DNA of 64,000 nt from Octopus sinensis (taxonomy: Eukaryota). The translations under genes and the position numbers were made by a program. Below, in pieces: positions 10,810 to 23,472 of this stretch; the stretch's first letter is position 1, and every line of letters begins with the position of its first letter. The notes under the pieces were generated by a model. The model did no database searches. It worked only from the letters and a program-made list of their open reading frames with translations, and was not told the origin of the DNA. The stretch is from assembly GCF_006345805.1 (NCBI RefSeq), contig NC_043013.1, positions 55,056,001-55,120,000 on the forward strand, given 5' to 3'.

Positions 10810-12439
10810 ACGCACACACAGATATTTGTATGAATGTGCTTTGATATTAGAGATGGAAGATAGGATATTGGTTTGTTTGTGCAGCTCCCAAAGGGCATGA
10901 GGTAATATACATGAAGTGAAATGGTTGTCACAAACATATTATAATGAAGCAGCGAATAGAGAGATTATTTGGAACTATGTTCCTCTCAGCAGTGTTTGTC
11001 TTTGTTACCAGATATTGACAAGGAAATATATTCATCTGTTTATTTTTATCCCACTGTACACAGCCTGGGTGTGTTATCTCTGAAGCCACAAATATCCATC
11101 CATCCATCTATCCATCTACATATATGTGTGTGCGTGTGTGTAGGGAGAGAGAGAGAGAGAGAATGATAGGTGGATAGCTAGATGGTTATGCATGTATTAC
11201 CATCATCCATCATCATCTCTATTTTGTGCCTGCTTTCCATGTGTTAGGTGAGACTGATGCCATGAACATCATCATCATTGTTTAACGTCTGCTTTCCAAG
11301 ATGACCGTTTTCCATGTAACTGTTCTTCTTAAACCATTGCAGTCATAGTTGATACAACACGATTCCACATTTTTTTTTCATATGGCAAATTTACTCACAA
11401 GTTGGCGATTAGCCAGGAGGTGTAGTAGAGGCACTTCCTCAAGGTGCCACACAGTGGGCCTAAAATATAGACCACATAGGTTCAAAGGGAACTACTCAGT
11501 AACATAAACATGTTTGCATATATATATATATATATATATATACACAAACATACACGTACATATATAGGCATACACACACACACATGTATAGTGTATACAC
11601 AATTGTGTAATCCTGGCTTGCTGTAATAACATATATATTTTGACTTTTGATGTAATTATGCATGTGTGTGTGTGGTGTGTGACAGAGAGAGAGAGAGAGG
11701 GGGGGGAAGGAATGACGAAATAGACAAACAAACAGATAGAAGAATTGTAAAAGAGCTGGAGAGAATGAGAGAATTTTTTTTCCATCCTAAATTAGTATTT
11801 GTTGGTTAAATGTACATTTTGATGCCATTAAGATTTACTGCTGTTTACCTTAACTTTCAAACAAACATGTTATTTCCTATACTTTTATTCTTACCATTTT
11901 CAAGAAAATATAAAAAAGAAATATAAAAGAGAAAACAACTTTGTAAAAAAAAAAACAACTCTGGAAGTGTGAAGGTATAAACATGGTATTGCTTGATAAA
12001 TAAACAAAATAATGGTAATGTAGAACTTAATGCGAGTAATTCTGAACTTTGTTCATTTTTAATAGCAACTGTCCATAGACCTAACTTGTAGTGAATTACT
12101 TTTATTTTCTGTATTTGAAGCAAGAATTATCTCAGGACTTCTTCATAATAAAGACAGAACAACTTCTACATGAATTTAATAGATGTGATTTATCAATACT
12201 GAGACATTATTGGTCCATGGAACACGATTGTTTATTATCAGTTTCATCCAATCCATCTCAATGTAGAAATGTCAATAGCTTTGTCTTCTACTAATAAAGG
12301 TAGCATATGAACATATGTGTGTGTGTGTATGTATGTATGTATATATGTATATATATAATAATAATAAAAATATAATGTAACAACATATAGATACATACAT
12401 ATACACACACACCCACACATATACATATATATGTATTAC

Positions 12440-12728
12440 AGTTCTATATTTAAGAGATGAGGAATTATGTACATTATTTAATTTATTTACATTTGATGGA
12501 TATTTGTCCTCATCTTGTTTGTTGTTAACAGAATGTTTCGGCTGACATACCCACCTGCCTTCATCAGGTGTCTTGGGGAAATTTCGAATCTGGGTTCTCA
12601 TTCCTAAGGTATTTTTGCATGTTGTTATTGTTATTGTTGTTATTATTCAGGTCACTGCCTGGAATCGAACTCGGAATCTTGGGGTTAGTAGCTTGTGCTC
12701 TTAACCACTATGCCATATGCCTGTGGGC
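12440..12728 (-). mobile_element. Complete tRNA-headed SINE carrying a hammerhead motif, flanked by 11-bp TSD
   Basis: A-box TGGCATAGTGG (12715-12705), B-box GTTCGATTCC (12670-12661); TSD ATATGTATTAC at 12429-12439 and 12729-12739. Confidence 0.85.
12527..12572 (-). ncRNA. Degenerate minimal type I hammerhead ribozyme within SINE
   Basis: Minus strand: GACAC-CTGATGA-A-GGCAG gtgggtatgt CAGCC-GAAAC-ATT-CTGTT. The core boxes are intact; stems I-III carry substitutions, including the cleavage triplet. Confidence 0.65.
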
Positions 12729-14276
12729 ATATGTATTACTTTAATACTAAATTATGATGAACACATAAAGCAGTGTGAATCAAAACAATTTGAATGTAAA
12801 TATTCAAATTTTGATTCAGAGATATGAGGTTAGTTTTCATTGAAGAAATATAATGGTTTTGAAACATTGGTGTCTCAGAGTAATCCTTACATCACTAAAC
12901 TGAGGTGATGTCAGCACACATCTTTTGAAGGGAGGAGTTGCTCTCCAAACATGTAATACACCAGTGATTAACAATCATATTTAAATCTGCTGGAAAGTGT
13001 TAAGGATGAATATATTATTGTCATTAATTGAATACTTACCTCTTCATGAATAAAATTATTATAAAAGGTGTTAATATTTGGGAATGGCATTAAGATAGCT
13101 TAATATGATTATTTTAATATTTCAGACTTTTACTTCATCCTTAGGGATGGGAAAACTGTTCAATATTTATATGTTCACCATATTTTGATCAGTTTGATTT
13201 CTCATCAGTTTGTCGTATTCCTGAATTTGTTCATAGACTCAGACTAGACTTAAATTAGGATCCTTTATTCAGGAACTAATTAAATATTTATATATATATA
13301 TTTTCTTTTCTTTCTTTTCTTTTTTTTTTGGTCACTGACATATAAATGATCTTGTTGGGTTTCAAACCAGATCTATTTAAACATCTAGGAGCAAAATAAT
13401 CGACGATGACTGGAGATCAAACAAATTCAAATACACTATAGCAGTAAAAATTGGGAAATATTTTATCTCTAACAATGAGGTTAGTAGTCTGAAAAATCAT
13501 AGCCTTATTAACCACAAATCATTTCAAATATTTAGATATCTAATTATGTAGCTCGTTTGATGCCAAATTTACCATCGTTTCAGCTTGCTTGTAATTGATG
13601 ACATTTTCTGTAACCATTCCTCTAGGTGCCATAAAACATACCATTTAATGAAATATTCACATGTTATGTCAGCACCTACTTCAAGTTACCATAACTGCTT
13701 CTCTAACTAAGAACACTATTGTAAACAATTATTTGAAGCTGTGAATGCTATTTTTTTTTAGAACAACAAAAATAAAGAAAAAGAAGATAATTGCCTTTGT
13801 AAGACACCACTTCACCTATGATAACTTCTTTCACAATGTTCTAGAAATTACTAAAATACACAGACTGTAAAAATTCCACCATCAGTAAATTGTTGGTTAC
13901 ATAAGTTTTTGATACAAAATGATGCTGGAAATTTACATTATGATTCAATAATAGGTCATTTTAATGGAGTTTAAGAAATTTGCTTAAAAACACAAACTTT
14001 ATGATTTCTTCTAACAACAAGTTTTACTAAATCTCTAAGAGATGAAAACAAGTGAAAGTTAAGATTCATTATCCTCATAAAAACGATACTACGTAATACA
14101 CATATGTGTCAGTGTAGATACGCAGTGGTAAACTGCCCTGTCAGTACATAGACTAGCGTTATGTTTGTGGCTATAAGGGTCTTTGAGTCTCATTTCTAGC
14201 AATGTAGGTGACATTGTTAGTGACAATTAAAGTTTTCCTTTTTGGTTTTATATTGTGTCTAGTCACCTTTATTATA

Positions 14277-14278
14277 TT

Positions 14279-14318
<40 letters not shown>

Positions 14319-14324
14319 GTAATA

Positions 14325-14369
<45 letters not shown>
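14277..14369. repeat. (AAT)n microsatellite
   Basis: Directly visible; source of the poly-I/poly-N ORFs. Confidence 0.95.
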
Positions 14370-16433
14370 TATATTACGTTTATATATTTGTTGTGCAAAT
14401 ATATAAACAAAACAAAAAAGAGGTAAATGCCATTTAAAGTACACAGATACAAATTACTAATAGTCTCATGTGATGGAGACAATAATTGGGCAGATTTCTA
14501 CAATGTGCCTTGTGTCTCCAAGCAATCGTACAGGCTGGGACTAACCATGAGCAGTGATCTTGAAAGCCTTTTCTGTAATCAGCTGAATTATTGTGACACC
14601 ATGGCATGAAACTATTAGGTCATATTTAAAATACTGTGCACATTAAATGATATCTAGCTATCTGCCTGTCTACACACACACACACTCATAGAAATCAAAT
14701 CAATAATGAAACATCTGATTGAAATATTGAGGTGAGAAGTCCCCCACTCAAATATGTGCTAATTCTGACTGTGGTAACCTTGTCCCATCGTGTGAACAGG
14801 GAAACTGGGTATAAAATAATATATACATAATGATTATGACACATACTCACACACATGCACAACACACTTAATAAAGGGATTTCTAAAAAGCGCCATGCCA
14901 CTTTACAAGAACTAAAACAAAACTAATAAGAATTCTGTGAAGTATATAGGAGTCAAGATAAGTTTGTATATTATTAGAAGAGGAGAGGAATTTGACATTT
15001 TTAAGCTGTTGTATCATTTGAGAAAAGGAACATTTTTTTTTCTGCTGAAATGTCAAATATTCTTTCTCCCCTTGCTAAATGAATTTACCCAACTCAAAAA
15101 CTTTCCTGTATTATTTTGGCAGACACACAACCACCAGTTATCCCCATAAATTATTTCTTCCCTAATCATTATATTCTCTAATATTCTTGCATTATATTCT
15201 CTATATTCTTGCATCATCATCATCGTCGTCATAATTTAACATCCTTTTTTTTTTTTCAATTAAATGATGATGGTTGCATTAAACTACATCTGCACACACA
15301 TACACATACAAGTATATGAGAGCTAAAAAGGCCCAGATTTATAAAGTACAGGGTTCTAAATTGAAAGATCAGTAAGTGATGTCTTGTTATTAACATTATA
15401 ATGTCTCAGACATATTTATAGGTTTATTTGTGTGAACGATGATGTAATATCTATTATACAAATGACATGATGGGGAAACAGTTGTAAATTAATGACCAAC
15501 TATTCTCTAACTTCCCTTCTCTTATCTATTCAATTCAAACACACACATTTTAGGGTCTTTAGATTATGTAGATTACTATGGAATGTAATGAGATTTGGCT
15601 TTAATAGATTAATCTTTCTTGGAAGCATAAAATCCATCACCTAGAGGCTCAGAGACTTGAGTGAAGAAGGGAGGGGGGGAGGAGAAAGTTATATTCAGAC
15701 CAGGCTAGAAATTTGGCCTAAATGCTAGTTGCAGAGTAGCCACTAATAAAGGCTCTTGAAGGTGAAGTGGTGGCAATAAACACATGGCAGAGCACATGTT
15801 ACTCAAGAAAATGAAAAATTCCTCTGACTGACTTTTAAATAGTTTCCTTCAACCAAATTTCATTCATTGAGGTGAGGTTACGGTGCTGTACAGTGGGACT
15901 GAAACCAGATCTTGCTGCAAAGCAAAGTTTTTAACCTCATGACAACCCTTGCATCAGGGTTATCAATGTAAAATATACTTTGAGATAAAAAAAAAGTATT
16001 AAATGGTGCTTGTACAACCCAAAAACTTGTGATCGTAATATAGTGTATATAAATATTTGTGTTTTCTTATGCTCAGCTCCAGATCAGTCTTTACTGAGCA
16101 GACCTGTGCTCAATGGGGCTCTATAACAAATCTGTCCATCCTTAAACATCCAGAAATCTATTTATACAATATGTCCCCTTCATCTTTAAGGGTGCAATTG
16201 GAGAGAAATTTAGCTGCTCTTTGTAGCAGGTCTGTTTGTATTGATTGTACTTTCACACAAACATTCCCATCATCCAGTTGGGAAGTTATAAAGAGTAGAT
16301 CTTTCACCAGAACATTAAAAAAAATACATACGAGTAATCCTTACAGAGAAGTAAATTAACCCATTGATTTAGTTTGACAAGAGTCATGTCAAACTAAATT
16401 GTTTCTCTTCCTGCCTGCTTGCCTGCCTGTCTG

Positions 16434-16489
<56 letters not shown>

Positions 16490-17499
16490 AAATATCAGCC
16501 ATGGTCATAAACAGTCAATGCGGATATCCTTTAAAATGAAAATATTAATAAAAAAACATACTTATATCAAAATATGTTGGTACCTTTTAAACAGGGTTTA
16601 AGAGTAAACATACAACGCCCCAGTAAAATCCGACAAAAACTGATTGTCTAATGAGAATTAAACATCATCTTGTTTGTTGATTGCTCACAATAATTACTAG
16701 TATATTGTAATCCCTCAATCATCATATAAACAATCTTTATATCCCTACACAGAAAAGTCTGTAATTGTTTTTAAGAATGTGTCTGTTGATGGCTGGTATT
16801 TGAATTCTTTAAGAAAGCTCTGAAGGAATTAAGAAAAGGTCACTACATTTAGTGTCAGAATAACAAGGAAAAGAGGTTTAGCTACAACAAGCTGCCATCA
16901 AATCAGAAGACAGAATCAAAACAAACAAATGCATAAATTAGCTTGCCAAGAATCTAAAAGTGATTACAGATTCCCTGATTAAAAAGTATTAGTGTAATGT
17001 CTAGTATGTGTCAGGGGCTTTCTTGTACAACAGTAATTATATCAAGGCATCAACAAAGGAAATAACAGTTCAATTCTCACTAGACACTCTTTTTTATGCT
17101 TTATTTTCTTAGACATTGATTTTGGTTATAACCCCACCCCCATGCACATACACTCATGCATACAAAAGAAGGAAAAACAGAGTTTAGAAAATATGAACAT
17201 TTGTTCAACAGACATGATATGGTGATGATGATGGTGGTGGTGGTGCTCCATCATTCAACTACGAGGATTCAGTTGTTTGGTCCACTGACTTAGCTTCCGA
17301 ATTAAAATGCAGGTGACTGAGTATTTCACAGATGAATGTGTCTTTGACATAATTCTCAGACAGAACCAAAGTGACACACTAACCCTATTGAAACACAGAT
17401 ACAATCCACCAATCAGCCTTCTGTACAATTTCTATTGACTCATTTTTATTTATAATGTTTGGTTTGAGCAGGGCAACGATCTAGCAGAATCGTTAGTAT

Positions 17500-17720
17500 A
17501 ATCATTAGCAGAATCGTTAGCACAATGGGTCAAACACTTGGCAACATTTTGTCTGTCTTTAGGTTCTGAGTTCAAATTTCACTGAAGTTTACTTTGTCTT
17601 TCACCCTTTTAATATCAATAAAAAAGGACCAGTTGTACTCAGTGGAATGGTTGCAATCGATCTGCCTCCCCTCCCCTGAACTTGCTGGCCTTGTGCCAAA
17701 ATTTGAAATCAATTTATGGT
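17500..17720 (+). mobile_element. Family B SINE (duplicated head segment at 17485-17520)
   Basis: TAGCAGAATCGTTAG present twice; core TTCTGAGTTCAAATT. Confidence 0.75.
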
Positions 17721-20519
17721 TTAACAAACACATCACTACTGAAAGGGAAACAACAGATAAATTCAATTATATTAAAATAGTTTCTTCAAGAAAATTCTCA
17801 TCCAATGAAAACTGATGACAGAAATGTCTTATCATACACAAGAGATATGACTTATCCTAAATATTACAATAATGCAGGCATTAAATAACTACAAGGCAAG
17901 TCTCCAGATTTATAGGCCAAGTGAAGTGCAATTGGGATAGTCACAATGTCTTCATGGATTTTTGCTGCAAACTTAATGAAGTAAAATAGCCATAACTGAG
18001 AATCAAAAATGGTCATGAAGACACAGTTGAATCTATTTCCATTTTGAAAGTCCCTTTTTTTCTTACATAACTGAGCTAATAATCAGAACAGTGTAATAAT
18101 GAGACAATTTAGAAAACAACTGGCAAGTCTACTACATGCAACAATGGGTTTTATTGTGGTTCTGACTTGTTTCAATAAAATTTTGTGATCTCCTAATTTC
18201 AAATCCTCTGTCATTCAAGTTCCTAAAAATTGGTGTGTAGCCCCACTTTGCCTATTTTATAAAGGGCTAACAGAGTTTTGTTGATCACAATCATAGCTTC
18301 ATGGGATTGAAAGCATAGCAGAATACTGAAGAGGTGGCTCTGGGTTCAATGCTAATGCATTGCACTTTTGTTAAGTGTTTCCTAGATTAGCTTTTAGGAA
18401 TTTGGGTGTGAGAAGCTGTGTGGAAGTCTGATGTGTGCATATGTGTGTGTGTGTGTGTGAGAGAAAGAGAGAGAGAGTGAGAGAGAAAGAGAGGGAGAGA
18501 GTGGACAGTTTTTGATATTAGTAAAAGATGTAAACACTGGGGAGAGAAATGACACTGATGATTATAAACGAAGTCCCTTGTAATATTTATCTGGTCCAAA
18601 CTTCACAGACAATCTCTTCATGCTCTTACTATCATAAATGTTGTGAACCAGCAAGTGAGCAACGAGCAACTCATAACCTACAATAGTAAGGTTCTAAAAT
18701 TAAAATTCAGCATGAAAGAGCCATGAAATGCTATGATTTGCTGATGAGGTCAAGACAAGGCAGAAACATGCCTAGGATATTTCCCATACTTGCCAGTGAT
18801 GAAAATAATACTAGCCATTAAATAATACTGATTTTTTTCCTCATCATATTTATTTCCATTCAGCTTTCTTCATAATCCATACATTAAAACATGCAAACAC
18901 TAACTTACCAAATGTAAGATTGTTTCAAGGAAAATCCTGTCAAAACTGAACAACTATCATTATCTCAGAATGTGTGCGTGTGTGTGTGTGCTGTTGTTGT
19001 TGTTGCAAAAGCCTGAGCATTGTTAGATAAAAACTGATAAATAATCTGCATTGAAACAATTATATCACTAAATAAACCACCAACAAACTGTTCTCATTTT
19101 CCATAAAACAATAAAATATGAAGTAAAAAAATAAAGACATTTGTTATTCCATGAGAGATGATGAATGATAACATGGAAGTTTTAACAAGACTAACTCATT
19201 AGAAAAAATCCATAAATTTTGACAACTATAGATATCAAAATGTGATTCTGTTGTTATATTTTAGAAAAGTTGAATTCATAGTCAAGATATAGTATTTGGA
19301 ACAAAGAAATTAATGAGAGATAACATGATATTGATTATCTAATGCCTAAGATAATGTATAAATTATTGGTAAAATGACTGACAGACAAAGTCCATATGAA
19401 TAAAATCGGGAAAAGAATCTTGTAGACATTTTTTATCACTTTTATTAAAACATGTAGAATTGTTGTAGTTGTTATTGTTTGAAAATGTTATAGCCATCAC
19501 TATTATTGTTACTGTTGTTTCCATAGCTATGGTTAGAAAGGAATAACTCACTTTTGCTTTATAAATTGTATATTTATGATGCCTTCAGATATTTTTTAGC
19601 TTGACAGACGTTTTAAAACAACCAACATCCAATGTTGCTCACAGAATAAAAGAGGGGAAACTGCAAGGCAGTATTGATCAACAGCCTAATGATAGGTCTA
19701 ATTTGAACAATGTTGTTCTTATTTTTTATCCCTTCTTTTATACACCTTAGAAAATCTTATCAAATTAACTCAAAGAATTATTTTTAACACTCCTATTGAT
19801 AAAATGGGAAATGAAAGCAAAAATGGAAAGATGAATAAATAAACATGTAGACAAGTTGGTGAAAATAAAAATAAAATCAACATGAAGAAGCATAATAAAA
19901 AAAATCTGTCTAAAGGCATTCTAAGTGTTTTAAAAATAGGTTCGGTGAACATAAGGAAAAGTTGAAAAGTGAAATCTTTTCAATGTGACAGCAGCCAAAT
20001 TTAGGACATTACATGGTAGATAACAGGAATAAATGTTTATGGGTGTTGGTTGGTTGAAAAATATTTATTTCCTCCATTTAGAAATTCTCTTTGAATTTGA
20101 TTGTCTGTTTTCTAAGAGAAATTCTGAAAATAATCTACCACTGATGACATTGTCAATGCAAGTAGCTAGGAGGAAGGAAAGCTATATTCTTAGAAATATG
20201 GCATTCACAACTTCCAGTTTGGTTCTTGCAAGAATAATAAGAATCAAAGTTAAATTTGTCAAACCTGATGGAAAGGATCAGCAAGTGACATCCACTGGAA
20301 CTTAGAAAATAGTTTGTAAGTTCCAGTTTGGAAAAACAAAAAAAGAAGACCCAAAAATTTCTTTAAAAAGACTAAAACATGTTTACTAGCAGAAATAATT
20401 AAATTTAAATGCCAACAATTTGATATCAAATTTCAGTAAGTGTATATCTCTCTCTCTCTTTTTCTCTTCACATGCACGCATGCATATGCGCACACACACA
20501 CACACACATACACACATAT

Positions 20520-20690
20520 GAGGCATAAGCATAGGTGTGTAGTTAACAAACTTGCTGCCAACCCATGGTTTTATGTTCCATCTTATTGCATGGCACTTTG
20601 GTGACAAAGTGTCTCCTACTATGACATTGAACTTACCAAAGCTTTGTGAGTAGATTTCATCAATTACAGCTAAAACAAGCCTGTCTTCTG
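20520..20690 (+). mobile_element. Family A SINE, diverged
   Basis: AGGTGTGTAGTTAACAAACTTGCTGCCAACCCATGG...GCTTTGTGAGTAGATTT. Confidence 0.7.
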
Positions 20691-21033
20691 TGTGTGTGTG
20701 TGCGCAAGTGTGTGTATATGTATGTATGCATGAGTGTTTCCTTATCTTGACATCATGTGATAATTGTAAACAAGTGTCAGTATCATACAGTTGGTGTCAT
20801 TTATTTACAATTTGCCATGGAAACATGTCTGGCCCAGGGAGAAACATTGCCTTACTTGGAAACAGATGATGGAAACAGATGATGGAAACAGATGATGGCT
20901 TACTTGGAAACAGATGATCGTAAACCTCAATGAGATACTGGAAAGCATTAAGTCTGATGTCTTATCCAAGGTTAATATTAGTGAACTACCTTAGGCGACA
21001 ATCTGGCAGAATCGTTAACACTCAGGGTAGTAA

Positions 21034-21470
21034 GGTGGCAGAATCGTTAGCACATTGGACAAAATGCTTTGCAATATTTCATGTCTTTATACTCTGAGTT
21101 CAAATTCCGCCAAGGTCGACTTTGCCTTTTATCCTTTTAGGGTTGATTAAATAAGTACTAGTTATACCCTGGGGTCGATGTAATTGACTTAATCCCTTTA
21201 TCTGTCCTTGTTTGACCCCTCTGTGTTTAGCCCCCTGCCATCCACCACTGTGGGCAATAAAGAAATAAAAATTGTTAAACACCAGGAAAATGCTTACTGG
21301 CATTTCATGTCTTTATGTTCTGAGTTCAAATTCCACTGAAGCCAATTTTGCCTTCCATCCTTTCAGGGTTGATTAAATAAGTACTAGTTATGCACTGGGG
21401 GGTCAATGTAATTGACTTATCTCCTAACATGAAATTGCTGGCCTTGTGACAAAAATTTGAAGCCAATCAC
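21034..21470 (+). mobile_element. Two tandem family B SINEs
   Basis: Cores at ~21095-21180 and ~21320-21415. Confidence 0.8.
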
Positions 21471-22639
21471 AGCAAACTGCCTTCTTTAGGATGCAAACAT
21501 AAACTGTTACAACCCTGAACATAAGAAGTCACAGTTTCTTTCAATATTCTTTGTTTATTATTGAAACCGAATTCACAATTTTATGCTGATTGGTAATTAA
21601 ATAGAAATAAATCTCTCAGACATCAGCTATATCGTTTTTTTTTTTCATATCAATAACTTTTGTGCAAGTAAATAGCGATGATACAAGCCAAAGAGGGTAC
21701 ATTATGTAATCATATGGCCTGGTAGGGGCAGGGTCCAGATTTCCAAAAATTACATCTACTATCTAAAAAAATATGATGCTCATATCAGCCATCATAATTC
21801 TAGGCTAAGCTTGCTAATATAGGCCGGATGGTCATGGTTGGAACTTCTTTGATTATTGATCTGAACATTGACGGTTACCCTGAGCTAAACAACAACATGA
21901 CTTAAATATGAAATTTATGGATATTTAAGAAAGCTTTATATATTCCAAACATTACTTATATTAAGACACACATATACACACATACACACATACACACACA
22001 CACACACACACCGGAACAAACTAACAAAATCCTTAGCTTTAAACAGTAGCAAACATATTTCTTTCTAAACCAATCCTTAACTCTGATACCTGAGTTATAT
22101 TAACAGTCCTGAGGCAAAAAGTATTTATTTATTTTTAGTATAGTTAATGTTGATGTGTTGCCGACACTTAAGACACTTAAGATATATTGCTTGGAGGGAA
22201 CTTGTCTCTCAGTTCCAAAATATTTTATTAAATTCTATCAAGAAGCACATAACTTCTATAATCACATCACATCTCCATCATCATCACCATCATCATCATC
22301 ATAAGAAGAAATGTGTAAATATTGATACAAATCATGTGTGTATTTGATATTGTTAAGACATGTAGAGACTGTAAGTTTGGTAGCTACAGATGGTGGTGTA
22401 TTTAAGTTTATGCGCGAGCTGAACATAATTTCCTTGTATTAAACAACCTCAATATTCAGATTAAATGTATAATATAAAGAAACTAGATTTCTGGAGAGAC
22501 ATTTCCTTTTTACTTATTGAGTTCACTTCCCATTCTACTCATTAAGGCCAACTCTGATTCTCAGTTGATCGAGGCAGTTTTCTTGAATTCTTGAACTAAA
22601 TAATTTTATATCTCTTTACCTTATTAAAACCGTTCAAAT

Positions 22640-22985
22640 ATTGGTTTCCCTAAGTCGATTGTATCAATCCCCGTGCTCAACTGAGGCTTATTTTATTGAT
22701 CTGCAATGGATGAAAGGCAAAATTGACTCAGAATGTAAAAACAGACAAAATGACACCAACCGTTTGTCTGGCATGCAAATGATTCTGCCACCCTAAAACC
22801 ATTCAGCACGTGGCCAGCAATTTTGAGGTGTGGGGGGGGGGCAAATCAATTACATCGACCCCAGTGCTCAGCTGGTACTTAATTCATTGACCTCAGTGGA
22901 ATCTGAAATCAAAATGTAAAGATAAACGAAATTCTGTTATGCAGTTTTCCTGGGGTGCTAAAAATTCAGTTAACTTCCTGCTTTA
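22640..22985 (-). mobile_element. Two tandem family B SINEs (reverse)
   Basis: Reverse cores at ~22690-22790 and ~22850-22980. Confidence 0.7.
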
Positions 22986-23111
22986 AAAGAAATTGCTTTA
23001 GGGTCAATATTATGCGATTTTTTTTTATAGAATCTTGTTTTTATACAACAATCTAAACTTTAAAAATTACTATTTGTAAATCTCATAACGAGAGATATTC
23101 AGCAACAGAAC

Positions 23112-23472
23112 ATTGCAGTAAAGATTGTTTGCCAACATAACATGGCAGTCCTGGTTTAGGATGAATGTTGCTGTAATTTAGCCCCTGGAGACATTGTATC
23201 CAGCCAGCTATATGACACAATCTGTGTCCTTATATTTTCAAGCAAGGGAATCTAGCACCCCCACTCAGCTCAAAACAATAACCCAGAAATCGTGATACAC
23301 AGATATTGTTTTGAGCTGAGTTGGGGTGCTAGATTCCCTTGCTCAAAAATATAAGGATACAGATTGTGCCGTATAGCTGGCTGGATACAGTGTCTCCAGG
23401 GGCTAAATTACACCAACATTCATCCTAAACCAGGACTGCCATGCTATTTTGGCAAACAATCTTTACTACAAT
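23112..23472. mobile_element. Foldback/MITE-like long inverted repeat (169-bp arms, 23-bp spacer)
   Basis: 23112-23280 vs reverse complement of 23304-23472: 11 mismatches, no indels. Confidence 0.9.

Noticed and set aside
12661-12728. tRNA gene
   Set aside because: A/B boxes are present but there is no full cloverleaf; it is a SINE head. The same applies to family A and B heads.
18741-18767. CTGATGA...GAAAC hammerhead
   Set aside because: Stem II does not close onto GAAAC (G-A at 10.1/11.1), and there is no stem I or NUH.
20141-20160. CTGATGA followed by CATTG/CAATG stem
   Set aside because: No GAAA box; the loop is only 1 nt.
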